Assembly (NCBI GenBank): GCA_937901025.1 | Contig: CALCGR010000151.1 | Location: 2,714 to 66,713 of the forward strand | Direction: 5' to 3' | Source of the DNA: an uncultured Bacteroidales bacterium | GTDB lineage: Bacteria; Bacteroidota; Bacteroidia; Bacteroidales; Paludibacteraceae | Length of the DNA: 64,000 nucleotides | Shown here: positions 36,993 to 46,763 of the stretch, in pieces | How positions within the stretch are numbered: position 1 is the first letter of the stretch | Layout: every line of letters begins with the position of its first letter | Position numbers and translations under genes: made by a program | Notes under the pieces: model-generated | What the model saw: the letters and a program-made list of their open reading frames with translations, nothing else | What the model was told of the DNA's origin: nothing | The model's database searches: none

Positions 36993-39442
36993 CCTACGGA
37001 TATTTTGATGACAAGAACAGGGAATATGTGATTGAGAATCCTGCAACCCCTTTCCCTTGGATAAACTACCTTGGTAACGAAGATTTCTTCGGATTGATTT
37101 CCAATACAGCCGGTGGTTACACCTTCTGTAAGGACGCCAAGTTCCGCCGTATCACCCGCTATCGTTATAACGGCGTTCCGATGGATGCCGGTGGCCGTTA
37201 TTTCTATATCAAAGACGGCGACACCGTTTGGAACCCGGGATGGAAACCGTGTAAGACCCCGCTCGATAGTTACGAGTGCCGTCACGGCATGAACTATACC
37301 CGCATCACAGGAAAGAAGGATGGAGTAGAGGCTTCTTTGCTCACTTTTGTGCCTTTGCATACCTGGGCAGAGGTGCATAAACTGACCCTTACTAACCATA
37401 CACCGGACACCAAACACCTTCAACTCTTCAGTTTTGCTGAATGGTGCCTCTGGAATGCTTCTACGGATATGGAGAACTTCCAAAGGAATTGGAGTACGGG
37501 GGAAGTCGAAGTTGAAAACTCCATCATTTATCATAAGACGGAGTATAAGGAGAGGCGGAATCATTATGCTTTCTATGCGCTCACAAACCGCAAGGCGGAT
37601 GGTTTTGATACCGATCGCGAATCGTTTATCGGGTTATATAATGACTTCTCTAATCCCCAATGTGTGATGAATGGTCTGCCGGCTATGTCCGTAGCCCATG
37701 GCTGGAGCCCGATAGCGTCCCATTATGTGGAACTGACTTTGCAACCCGGTGAGAAAAAAGACCTTATTTTCCTACTGGGTTATGTAGAGAACGAACAAGA
37801 CGAGAAATTCTGCGCAGCGGATATCGAGCGTAAACGCAAAGGCGAACTTATCAGTTCTCAAGATAGCGACGTGACCTTAATCAATAAGGCGCGCGCGCAC
37901 GAACTCATCGAGCGCTTTGCTACTGTGGAAGCCGTGGATAAAGCTTTTGCCGAACTGAGGACTTTATGGGACGGGTTACTCAGTACATTTACTGTGGATA
38001 GTAAAGATGAACGCCTCAACCGTATGGTGAACATCTGGAACCAATACCAATGTATGATCACCTTCTGCTTCAGCCGTTCCGCCTCGTTCTTTGAGTCGGG
38101 AATCGGACGCGGCATGGGTTTCCGCGACAGTAACCAAGACCTCGTCGGATTTGTGCACCAGATTCCAGAACGTGCTCGCGAACGAATCATCGATATAGCT
38201 TCTACGCAGTTCCCTGACGGCGGATGCTATCACCAATATCAGCCGCTTTCCAAACGCGGAAATAACGATATCGGCGGCGGATTCAATGACGACCCGATGT
38301 GGCTGATCTTTGGTACAACTGCTTATATCAAAGAGACAGGCGACTACTCGATATTGGATGAGAAGGTGCCCTTCGATAACCAACCCGGCACGGAAGTGAG
38401 CCTGCTGGAACACCTACGTATCAGTTTTGACCACGTAGTCAATAACCTCGGTCCACAACACTTACCCCTCATCGGTCGCGCCGACTGGAACGACTGTCTT
38501 AACCTCAACTGCTTCAGTTGGGACCCGAATGAGAGTTTCCAAACAACGGAGAATAAAACCGAAGGCAGCAAGGCGCAATCGCTGATGATTGCCGGGTTGT
38601 TCGTTTTTTGCGGTAAAGACTATGCTGAACTCTGCCGTGTTCTCCATCAAGATAAGGAAGCCGAAAGAGCACAAAAAGAAATCGACAAGATGATCGAGGC
38701 TGTGAAAACGTATGGTTGGGACGGGGAGTGGTACTTGCGTGCCTACGATTTCTTTGGCAATAAGATTGGTTCTAACGAGAACGAGGAAGGTAAGATCTTC
38801 ATTGAGTCCCAAGGTTTTTGTACGATGGCGGAGATTGGTAAAGAGGATGGATTGGTAGATAAGGCGCTTGACAGTTGCAAGAAATATTTAGATACCCCTC
38901 ACGGCATGGTGCTCAACCATCCGGCGTTTACGACCTATCACGTGGAGATGGGCGAGATATCCTCCTATCCCGCAGGCTACAAAGAGAATGCCGGTATCTT
39001 CTGTCATAACAACCCGTGGGTGATCATCGGCGAAGCGAAGACCGGTCGAGGCAACGATGCTTGGGAACACTATACGAAGATTGCTCCTGCTTGGATAAAG
39101 GACCAAGACCTGCATAAGATAGAACCATACGTTTATTGTCAGATGGTAGCCGGTAAGGATGCGGCTAAACCCGGTGAGGGAAAGAACTCGTGGCTTACGG
39201 GTACCGCTGCTTGGAACTGGCTCACTGTATCGCAGTATATCCTCGGTATCCAACCCGGATTCAACGAACTGATTATTGATCCTTGTCTGCCGTTGGAGAT
39301 GGACGGGTTTACAGTAAAGCGCAAATGGCGTGAAGCGGAGTACGAGATTATTGTTCGCAACCCGAACCATAAACAGAAAGGGGACAAGCCGACGGTAGTA
39401 GCTTATCGACCCGGCAAACAAACCATTGAAATAATATTATGA
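36989..39442 (+). CDS. GH94 cellobiose/cellodextrin phosphorylase
   Basis: [29 protein letters not shown] is the hallmark N-terminus. 817 aa with no signal peptide. ATGA overlap with the upstream gene. Confidence 0.85.
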   Translation: MTYGYFDDKNREYVIENPATPFPWINYLGNEDFFGLISNTAGGYTFCKDAKFRRITRYRYNGVPMDAGGRYFYIKDGDTVWNPGWKPCKTPLDSYECRHGMNYTRITGKKDGVEASLLTFVPLHTWAEVHKLTLTNHTPDTKHLQLFSFAEWCLWNASTDMENFQRNWSTGEVEVENSIIYHKTEYKERRNHYAFYALTNRKADGFDTDRESFIGLYNDFSNPQCVMNGLPAMSVAHGWSPIASHYVELTLQPGEKKDLIFLLGYVENEQDEKFCAADIERKRKGELISSQDSDVTLINKARAHELIERFATVEAVDKAFAELRTLWDGLLSTFTVDSKDERLNRMVNIWNQYQCMITFCFSRSASFFESGIGRGMGFRDSNQDLVGFVHQIPERARERIIDIASTQFPDGGCYHQYQPLSKRGNNDIGGGFNDDPMWLIFGTTAYIKETGDYSILDEKVPFDNQPGTEVSLLEHLRISFDHVVNNLGPQHLPLIGRADWNDCLNLNCFSWDPNESFQTTENKTEGSKAQSLMIAGLFVFCGKDYAELCRVLHQDKEAERAQKEIDKMIEAVKTYGWDGEWYLRAYDFFGNKIGSNENEEGKIFIESQGFCTMAEIGKEDGLVDKALDSCKKYLDTPHGMVLNHPAFTTYHVEMGEISSYPAGYKENAGIFCHNNPWVIIGEAKTGRGNDAWEHYTKIAPAWIKDQDLHKIEPYVYCQMVAGKDAAKPGEGKNSWLTGTAAWNWLTVSQYILGIQPGFNELIIDPCLPLEMDGFTVKRKWREAEYEIIVRNPNHKQKGDKPTVVAYRPGKQTIEIIL

Positions 39443-41841
39443 AAAATTTAACTTACATTTTGTTAGGATTGATTTTGACCGCTTGCGGCCAATCGACAGC
39501 GAACTCTGTGAACACTAATCATCCCTATCGCGATGTAGCCACGGCTGCTATTAAGGCTTACTACTATCAGCGTTCGGGCGTAGCCATTGAAAAACCCTAT
39601 GCCGGCGTTTATGCTCGTGAGGCAGGTCACCCGGATACACACGTATTGGTACACCCTTCCGCTGCTACCGACTCCCGTCCTGCGGGAACGGTTATCTCCA
39701 GCCCATATGGTTGGTACGATGCCGGAGATTATGGTAAGTATATCGTCAATTCCGCCTACACGGTGGGAATGATGATGATGGCATATCAGTGGCAACCGGA
39801 GTATTACAAGTGTCTCGATGTGAATATCCCCGAGAGCGGGAGCAAGGTACCCGACTTACTCGAGGAGGTGATGTTCAACCTCAAATGGATGCAAACGATG
39901 CAAGACGAGGACGGAGGTGTGTATCATAAACTGACTACACCGACGTTTGAGAGTTTTATCAAACCTACTGAGTGTAAGCAGACACGCTATGTGGTGATGA
40001 AAGCGACGCCCGCTACCCTTGATTTTGCAGCCTCGATGGCTATGGCTGCCCGTATATATGCTCCGTTCCCCGAATATAAAAACTTCTGCTCTACTGCCCT
40101 TAAACAAGCGCGTCATGCTTGGGAATGGGCTGTGGCTCACCCCGAGACGTACTATGACCAAGCCGGTATGGCAAAACGGTTTGAACCCGAAATCAAAACC
40201 GGTGGCTATGGTGATCATAACTGTTCTGACGAGTTCTTCTGGGCCGCCACCGAACTATGGCTGGCTACCGGAGATAAACAGTTTGAGGAGGCGATGCACC
40301 AATATGAACCAACCTCTTTCACATTGCCTTCGTGGGCTAATGTGGCAGGCATAGCTATGTATGAGTGCATAGATGAATACAAGGACCCGTTCTTGGATTA
40401 TATCAAGTCTTGTCCACTTGAATACGGACACGGACTGAAAGATTTCTATTGGGGTTGCAACGGGGAAGCGTGTGCAGGCAAGGGAGCGGCTATGCTCTTG
40501 GCTTATCGGCTCACCGGTGAAGAGAAATACTTGCATAGTGCTGAACAGACTGCCGATTGGTTGTTGGGTAATAACCCAACCGGTTACTGTTTTATCACCG
40601 GTTTTGGTGAGAAACAAGTTATGCATCCGCACCATCGTCTCAGTGCTTCTGACGATGTGGAAGCACCTATCCCGGGTTGGATGGTGGGCGGACCTAATCC
40701 GCTCAAACAGGACGGCTGCGACTATTTTAATGTTGAGCGCGCTAAATGCTATGCCGACCTTACGGAGGCATACGCTTGCAATGAGATAGCCATCAACTGG
40801 AATGCCACTTTGATTCCGCTGATGGCAGGGTTGGATAAGATACACACCACTCCTAAGCAAGCTCTCATCGAGCGTTTGCGTTTCCTCTCCCGTCGCGGTA
40901 TCATGTTCGGTCACCAAGACGATCCCTTCTACGGCACTACGTGGCAATGGGAAAAAGGTCGCTCGGATACCTACGAACTGGTGGGTGACTACCCGGGCGT
41001 GATGGGCTTCGATTTAGGCGGACTGGAAGAAAAACATGATAAGAACCTCGATAGCGTACCCTTTGAGTGGATGCGTGAGGAGGCTGTCCATCATGTTAAA
41101 AACGGCGGTGTGGTTACTTTCTCTTGGCACCCGCGCAACCCGCGTACCGGTAGCAATGCGTGGGATGTGAGTGATCCTACGACGGTTCTCAATATCCTAC
41201 CGGGGGGCGAACAACACGAACTATTCTTGGAGTGGATGAATGATGTGGCTACGTTCCTTGAGACATTGGTAGATGAGAACGGACAACCGATTCCGTTTAT
41301 CCTCCGTCCGTGGCACGAGTATAACGGGTCGTGGTTCTGGTGGGGCTGGAAAAACTGCACCAACGAACAATGGCTTGCTCTTTGGAATATGTTCCAAGAT
41401 TATATGAACAAGCGTATGCCGACGAATATCGTTTGGTGCTGCTCACCTAACCTCGACGGACATTTCACAACCGAGTATTTGGAAAGTCGCTTCCCTGAAC
41501 AAGGACGCGTGGATATCCTTGGCTATGATACCTACCAATGGGGTACAGAAAAAGATTTCGTTTCGCAGTCCAAGGCAGATATAAAGTTCCTCTATGCTTA
41601 TGCACAGGAGCATAATATGCTTTTCACCATCAGCGAGTGTGGTATTCAGAACTCCCCCGTAGCCGACTGGTGGACGCGCGTGTTCTTGCCTTTGACCGAA
41701 GGCAAGGAGGTTTGCTATTTCCTTCCTTGGCGTAATTGGCACAAAGAACATTTCGGCGCGGCCAAAGGCCTCAAAACCGAAAAAGACTTTATCAAACTCT
41801 ATAAAAATCCTAGAACATTATTCCTAAAAGACCTACAATAA
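39439..41841 (+). CDS. GH9-like endoglucanase domain fused to a C-terminal GH26 domain (lipoprotein)
   Basis: Lipobox LILTAC. GH9-like [33 protein letters not shown]26: [38 protein letters not shown]. Confidence 0.75.
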   Translation: MKNLTYILLGLILTACGQSTANSVNTNHPYRDVATAAIKAYYYQRSGVAIEKPYAGVYAREAGHPDTHVLVHPSAATDSRPAGTVISSPYGWYDAGDYGKYIVNSAYTVGMMMMAYQWQPEYYKCLDVNIPESGSKVPDLLEEVMFNLKWMQTMQDEDGGVYHKLTTPTFESFIKPTECKQTRYVVMKATPATLDFAASMAMAARIYAPFPEYKNFCSTALKQARHAWEWAVAHPETYYDQAGMAKRFEPEIKTGGYGDHNCSDEFFWAATELWLATGDKQFEEAMHQYEPTSFTLPSWANVAGIAMYECIDEYKDPFLDYIKSCPLEYGHGLKDFYWGCNGEACAGKGAAMLLAYRLTGEEKYLHSAEQTADWLLGNNPTGYCFITGFGEKQVMHPHHRLSASDDVEAPIPGWMVGGPNPLKQDGCDYFNVERAKCYADLTEAYACNEIAINWNATLIPLMAGLDKIHTTPKQALIERLRFLSRRGIMFGHQDDPFYGTTWQWEKGRSDTYELVGDYPGVMGFDLGGLEEKHDKNLDSVPFEWMREEAVHHVKNGGVVTFSWHPRNPRTGSNAWDVSDPTTVLNILPGGEQHELFLEWMNDVATFLETLVDENGQPIPFILRPWHEYNGSWFWWGWKNCTNEQWLALWNMFQDYMNKRMPTNIVWCCSPNLDGHFTTEYLESRFPEQGRVDILGYDTYQWGTEKDFVSQSKADIKFLYAYAQEHNMLFTISECGIQNSPVADWWTRVFLPLTEGKEVCYFLPWRNWHKEHFGAAKGLKTEKDFIKLYKNPRTLFLKDLQ

Positions 41842-41842
41842 T

Positions 41843-41870
41843 CACTAACCACTAAGCACTAACCACTAAT
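41843..41870. repeat. Micro-array family E copy E1 (heptamer CACTAAC x4), intergenic
   Basis: cactaac cactaag cactaac cactaat fills nearly the whole 31-nt gap between two genes. Confidence 0.85.
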
Positions 41871-41872
41871 CT

Positions 41873-43216
41873 ATGGCAACTATTAAAGAAAAACTCGCTT
41901 ATGCAATGGGCGATGCTGCTGCGGGCGGTATCACGTGGAAGATTATGTCCACTGTTTTTCCCTTGTTTTTTACCAATGTCTTCGGACTTAGTTTTGCGGA
42001 TGCCGCTATCCTTATGTTGTTAGCGCGTCTGTTTGACGTAGTAACCGACCCGATTATGGGTTCACTTGCTGACCGAACACAGTCTAAATGGGGCACGTAT
42101 CGTCCGTGGCTTATCTTTGGAGCTATTCCTTACGGACTGATTTTTGCGCTTTTACTTTTTACACCGGACCTCGGTCCTGTCGGTAAGCGCATTTATGCCT
42201 ATACGCTTTATTTGGCGATGATGGCTGTTTATACGGCAGTGAATGTGCCTTATGGTTCGTTGCTTGGTGTGATGACCGAAGATGATAACGAGAAAAACCA
42301 GTTCTCGTCCTATCGTATGGTGGGAGCTTATTTGATGGGATTTATCACCCTCATTATCTTCCCATACGTTCAGAAATGGATAGGCGGTACGCAGGCTCAC
42401 CAATATGCCGTTATCGGTGCTGTCTTTGGAGGATTGGCAGCTTTGATGACATTGCTTTGCGGTTTGATGACCAAGGAGCGCATTAAACCCAAACGCGCCG
42501 AGAAATACGATTGGAAACAGTTTGTGGATCTGGTTAAGAATAAACCGTGGCTCTACCTTACCGCGACAGGTATCTGCACTAATTTCTTTAATGGTTTCCG
42601 TTATGCTGCTGCGGGATATATGTTCACTTATTGCCTCCATGGCGATGTTACTTTTGGACAGTTTATCATTAACTTCACCGTCTTTATGGCAATCGGTGAG
42701 GTCACGTGTATGATCTTTGGCGGTATATCTCCTGTCTTCACTAAATGGGTTGGCAGTAAAAAGAAAGCTTTTATCATTGCCGCCTTCATTTGCGCTGTGA
42801 CTTCGGTTATATTCTTCTTTATCCCGATGGATCCTGCCTATATGTGGCTTATGATTCTGGTGGTTATCCTCACCTCCGTGGGTGTGGGTATCTATTCGCC
42901 TCTGCTGTGGTCAATGTATGCCGATGTGGCAGACTATGCTACTGAGACCTTCGGAACCTCCTCGACGGGACTGATCTTCTCGTCGGGTACGATGGCTCAG
43001 AAATTAGGCGGCGCTATCTCGGGTTCGCTCATTGCGGCTCTATTAGGTTGGGCAGGTTTAGTGTCCTCTCAGGATATGGTTACGGGTGAAACGATTGTGA
43101 CCATCACGAACGAATCGGCTGTGCAGATGATGATTTGGTGTCTGTTCTCACTGATTCCGGCAGGTATAGCCTTGATTATGGCTTGGCTGGTGTATCGATT
43201 CCCGATTAAGAAATAG
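41873..43216 (+). CDS. GPH-family cation symporter (second copy)
   Basis: YAMGDAAAGG.., ARLFDVVTDPIMGSLADR and about 12 TM segments. Precedes the epimerase, as in the mannobiose pathway. Confidence 0.85.
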   Translation: MATIKEKLAYAMGDAAAGGITWKIMSTVFPLFFTNVFGLSFADAAILMLLARLFDVVTDPIMGSLADRTQSKWGTYRPWLIFGAIPYGLIFALLLFTPDLGPVGKRIYAYTLYLAMMAVYTAVNVPYGSLLGVMTEDDNEKNQFSSYRMVGAYLMGFITLIIFPYVQKWIGGTQAHQYAVIGAVFGGLAALMTLLCGLMTKERIKPKRAEKYDWKQFVDLVKNKPWLYLTATGICTNFFNGFRYAAAGYMFTYCLHGDVTFGQFIINFTVFMAIGEVTCMIFGGISPVFTKWVGSKKKAFIIAAFICAVTSVIFFFIPMDPAYMWLMILVVILTSVGVGIYSPLLWSMYADVADYATETFGTSSTGLIFSSGTMAQKLGGAISGSLIAALLGWAGLVSSQDMVTGETIVTITNESAVQMMIWCLFSLIPAGIALIMAWLVYRFPIKK

Positions 43217-43222
43217 TTTAAA

Positions 43223-43246
43223 GTGGAGAGTTTAGAGTTTAGAGAC
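43223..43246. repeat. Micro-array family B copy B1 (reverse orientation) covering the epimerase start
   Basis: gtg gagagtt tagagtt tagagac, read as M-E-S-L-E-F-R-D. Confidence 0.8.
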
Positions 43247-44338
43247 ATATTAACGACGAATATCCTGCCTTATTGGCTAAGGTTGCAAGACCCTGTCCAT
43301 GGCGGGTTCTACGGGCAAGTGCTCGCAGATGAGACAGTTGTCAAAGAGGCAAACCGCGGAGCCATCCTCTATGGTCGTATCCTCTGGACTTTCTCTGCCG
43401 CCTATCGCGCGTTAGGAAATAAGGAGTATCTGGTGGCAGCCGAGAATGCGAAGGACTATATCCTCAACCATTTTATTGACCGTCAGCAGGGTGGGGTATA
43501 TTGGGAACTCGACTATTTAGGCAACCCTGTTAATGACCGCAAACAGTTCTATGCTTTGGGTTTTGTCCTTTATGGACTTACGGAGTATATCCTCGCCACC
43601 GGCGACGCTGCGGTCCTGCCTTATGCCATTGACCTCTATCGCTGTATTGAGCAACACGCTTGGGACCCGCAATCGGGTGGTTATATCGAGGCTACTCAAC
43701 GCAATTGGAGTGCTATCTCCGATTATCGCTTGAGCGAAAAAGATGTCAATGCACCTAAGTCGCAAAACACCCACCTGCATATCCTCGAACCCTATACAAA
43801 CCTCTATCGTGTTTGGCCACAAGAGGAGGTCAAACAGTCGATTCTGCGTCTTATCGAGGTCTTCAAAAACCATATCATTCAGCCTTCCGGTCATCTCGGT
43901 CTATTCTTTGATATGCAGTGGCACCCCTCATCTCTAAACTCTCAACTCTCAACTCTCAACTATTCTTGCGGTCACGACATCGAGTTCTCGTGGCTATTGG
44001 ATGAGGCTTGCGAGGTGATTGGTGTGAACGAGGACGAGACCGTTCAACGTGTGGCACAAGCAGCCAAAGAGGGTCTCTTGTCCGACGGACGAATGGAAGG
44101 TACGTGGTGGGAACAGTGTGAAACCATCATTGGTTATACGAATATCTATCGCCGTTTTGGAGGCGAGGAAAACAAACGAATAGCTGAGCGTTGTTGGGAA
44201 GCGACCAAAAAATATTTCATCGATTACGAACATGGCGAGTGGTGGGAGTATCCCTACTCCCAAGCAGACAAGGCCGGCTTTTGGAAATGTCCATATCATA
44301 ATTCACGATTATGCATACACTTATTATCTTTTTGTTAA
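43223..44338 (+). CDS. Cellobiose 2-epimerase / N-acylglucosamine 2-epimerase family
   Basis: ILPYWL.., GGVYWELDYLGNPVNDRKQFYALGFVLYGLTEY, NTHLHILEPYTNLY, GHDIEFSWLL. The only possible start before the conserved ILPYW is GTG at 43223. Confidence 0.8.
   Translation: MESLEFRDILTTNILPYWLRLQDPVHGGFYGQVLADETVVKEANRGAILYGRILWTFSAAYRALGNKEYLVAAENAKDYILNHFIDRQQGGVYWELDYLGNPVNDRKQFYALGFVLYGLTEYILATGDAAVLPYAIDLYRCIEQHAWDPQSGGYIEATQRNWSAISDYRLSEKDVNAPKSQNTHLHILEPYTNLYRVWPQEEVKQSILRLIEVFKNHIIQPSGHLGLFFDMQWHPSSLNSQLSTLNYSCGHDIEFSWLLDEACEVIGVNEDETVQRVAQAAKEGLLSDGRMEGTWWEQCETIIGYTNIYRRFGGEENKRIAERCWEATKKYFIDYEHGEWWEYPYSQADKAGFWKCPYHNSRLCIHLLSFC
43931..43964. repeat. Micro-array family B copy B2 (heptamer CTCTCAA), in frame in the epimerase
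   Basis: tctctaaactctcaactctcaactctcaactatt, read as SLNSQLSTLNY. Confidence 0.9.
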
Positions 44339-45726
44339 CACTTCCGTCGCTTATTTGCGACAACATGCTGCTGCAGCAGCAAGCAAACGTTAACCTCTGG
44401 GGCACCGCTACTCCGGGTAACACCGTATCGGTTTATGCCACATGGGGAGAACAAGTAGAAACAACCGTAGGCAAAGATGGCAAATGGCTCGTCCAAATCC
44501 CTACACCCGCTGCGTCTTACACGGAGCATACGCTCACGTTCGTGGAGACGCCCACCAAAAGGGCTTACTATAATCCCGATCCGGTGCAAGTGAACCACGT
44601 CCTCGTCGGTGAGGTGTGGTTTGGTTGCGGACAGAGTAACATGGAGATGCCCCTGATGGGTTTTTGGCAATGTCCTACCGAAGGGGCGAATAAAGAGATT
44701 GCTACCGCAGGACAATATGCCGGTAAGATTCGTTATGCGGTTATTGACCACGTTCCCGCGATGGAACCGCAGGACTTTATGTCCGGTCAATGGTATGAAT
44801 GTAATGCTTTCAATGCTCCTCGTTTTGGTGCAGCAGGGTATTTCTTTGCCAAACTGTTACAACAAGCCCTCGATATCCCCGTGGGTGTTATCAACTGCTC
44901 TTGGGGCGGTAGCCGCGTAGAAGGTTGGTTACCTCGCGAGATCCTCAATACCTACAAGGATGTGGATCTTACCGAAAAAGGAATGAAACAATGGGAAAAA
45001 CAAGACTATATGCGTCCGCTCGTGATGCACGACGGTATGCTGTGGCCTTGCCATTACTACACGGTCAAAGGATGGATATGGTATCAAGGTTGCTCGAACA
45101 TCGGTCATGCAGACACCTATACCGACCGTATGGAGACGCTTGTTAAGTATGTTCGCGGTTTATGGAAGAACGATAAGATGCCGTTCTATTTCGCTGAGAT
45201 AGCACCCTTCCGTCATGGCGACCCGCAAGCTACTTGGGCTGCTGAACTGCGTGAGTCGCAATGGGCACTGGAAGACCGCGTACCATATTGCAAAGGTATC
45301 TCTACCAACGACCTTGTGTACGATTATGAGATAGACAATATCCACCCTGCACAAAAACAAGCCGTAGGCGAACGTTTTGCTTATCTCGCTCTCAATCACG
45401 ATTACGGATTTAAGACTGTTTATGCCGATGCTCCGCGTTATGAGCGTCACGAGATTAGTGGCAACCATATTGATGTGTATTTCACCAACTGCGCCGATGG
45501 TTTCTCGCGTTGGCACGACTACAAAGGTTTTGAAGTCATCGACGAAAGCGGAAACGTGCATCCCGCTATCATTGAGGGCGTACAAGACGTGCCTCACGCG
45601 CTGCGTTTCTCCGCCGAAGGAGTTACTAACCCTAAGGCGGTTCGCTATTGCTTCCGCAATTTCCAAATAGGCAACCTCGCCAATATGCGCTACTTACCGA
45701 TTGTTCCATTTAGAACGGATAAATAA
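44311..45726 (+). CDS. SASA/DUF303-type carbohydrate O-acetylesterase
   Basis: LPSLICDNMLLQQ..NLWG and GEVWFGCGQSNMEMPL (catalytic Ser region), GGSRVEGW. Overlaps the epimerase 3' end by 28 nt. Confidence 0.75.
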   Translation: MHTLIIFLLTLPSLICDNMLLQQQANVNLWGTATPGNTVSVYATWGEQVETTVGKDGKWLVQIPTPAASYTEHTLTFVETPTKRAYYNPDPVQVNHVLVGEVWFGCGQSNMEMPLMGFWQCPTEGANKEIATAGQYAGKIRYAVIDHVPAMEPQDFMSGQWYECNAFNAPRFGAAGYFFAKLLQQALDIPVGVINCSWGGSRVEGWLPREILNTYKDVDLTEKGMKQWEKQDYMRPLVMHDGMLWPCHYYTVKGWIWYQGCSNIGHADTYTDRMETLVKYVRGLWKNDKMPFYFAEIAPFRHGDPQATWAAELRESQWALEDRVPYCKGISTNDLVYDYEIDNIHPAQKQAVGERFAYLALNHDYGFKTVYADAPRYERHEISGNHIDVYFTNCADGFSRWHDYKGFEVIDESGNVHPAIIEGVQDVPHALRFSAEGVTNPKAVRYCFRNFQIGNLANMRYLPIVPFRTDK

Positions 45727-46763
45727 TGAAAAAAGTATTGATTTTTGCCTCTCTGTTTGCTGTTATTGGCATGTTTGTCTCTTGCCAATGCAACCATCAT
45801 GTTAAGGAGTCCACTTTTGTAGGTGCTAATCTTTGGAATGGTGACCTCACGCAATTAGATGCCTTACAGACTATAGGAGTCAATAACATCCGCGTCAAAG
45901 CGACCGACGGAGAGAACCTCGATCCGCTACTCACTGAACTCGAACAACGAGACATGCAGGCCGTCCTCTTCCTTACCAATGCTTGGGAGTGGTCCACGGG
46001 GTATGAGCAGTATTATAGTCAAGCTACGGGAGAGTCTGTGCTCTTGCCTTCCGAAGTAGGTTATCCTTACTATATGGAGCATGCAGGACGGTTCCTGAGC
46101 AATGCTAAAGCCGTAGCTTTATTTGACGAATATGTCACCACGGTGGTTAATAAATACAAACACTATAAGTCTATCTATGCTTGGCAAATAGCCAACGAAC
46201 CGCGCGCCTTCGGACAAGACCCCGACGTGCTGGTTGCGTTCATTGACCACGAGGCTAAACTCATCAAGAAACTCGACCCTAATCATAAAGTCACTACCGG
46301 TTCGGAAGGTATATGGGGCTGCAACGAGGACTCCGTTCTCTGTCGCCGTATTCACGAAGTGCCCGAAATCGATTACATGACCTGCCATATCTGGCCCTAT
46401 AACTGGGGTTGGCTAAAGGATGGTATCGATTGGAAAGCGAATGTCAAAGCCTATATCCAATGGCATGAGGACATCGCTACCCGTATTGATAAACCGTTTA
46501 TTATAGAGGAGTTTGGTTTCCCGCGGGATAACCACGAGGTAACCCCTGCCCCCTACACCTCTACTCCTCTACCCCCGACTACCCAACGCGACGAGATGTA
46601 TCGTCTTATCTTCGAAAGCCTACAAACTGTGCCGCATCTTATTGGTGCTAACTTCTGGTGCTGGAAACAAGACCCTCCGCAAGAGCCTCAAGGACTGAAC
46701 TCCGTTCTGCCGACGGACACTACAACGCTCAATATTATTCGTCAATATAACGCGCAAAAATAA
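45726..46763 (+). CDS. GH5 family glycosidase, probably beta-mannanase (lipoprotein)
   Basis: Lipobox MFVSC. FVGANLWNG, AWQIANEPR, TTGSEG, CHIWPYNWGW, IIEEFG. Confidence 0.7.
   Translation: MKKVLIFASLFAVIGMFVSCQCNHHVKESTFVGANLWNGDLTQLDALQTIGVNNIRVKATDGENLDPLLTELEQRDMQAVLFLTNAWEWSTGYEQYYSQATGESVLLPSEVGYPYYMEHAGRFLSNAKAVALFDEYVTTVVNKYKHYKSIYAWQIANEPRAFGQDPDVLVAFIDHEAKLIKKLDPNHKVTTGSEGIWGCNEDSVLCRRIHEVPEIDYMTCHIWPYNWGWLKDGIDWKANVKAYIQWHEDIATRIDKPFIIEEFGFPRDNHEVTPAPYTSTPLPPTTQRDEMYRLIFESLQTVPHLIGANFWCWKQDPPQEPQGLNSVLPTDTTTLNIIRQYNAQK
46543..46584. repeat. Micro-array family A copy A3 (C-rich strand on +), in frame in GH5
   Basis: cccctgccccctacacctctactcctctacccccgactaccc, read as TPAPYTSTPLPPTT. 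Confidence 0.85.
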
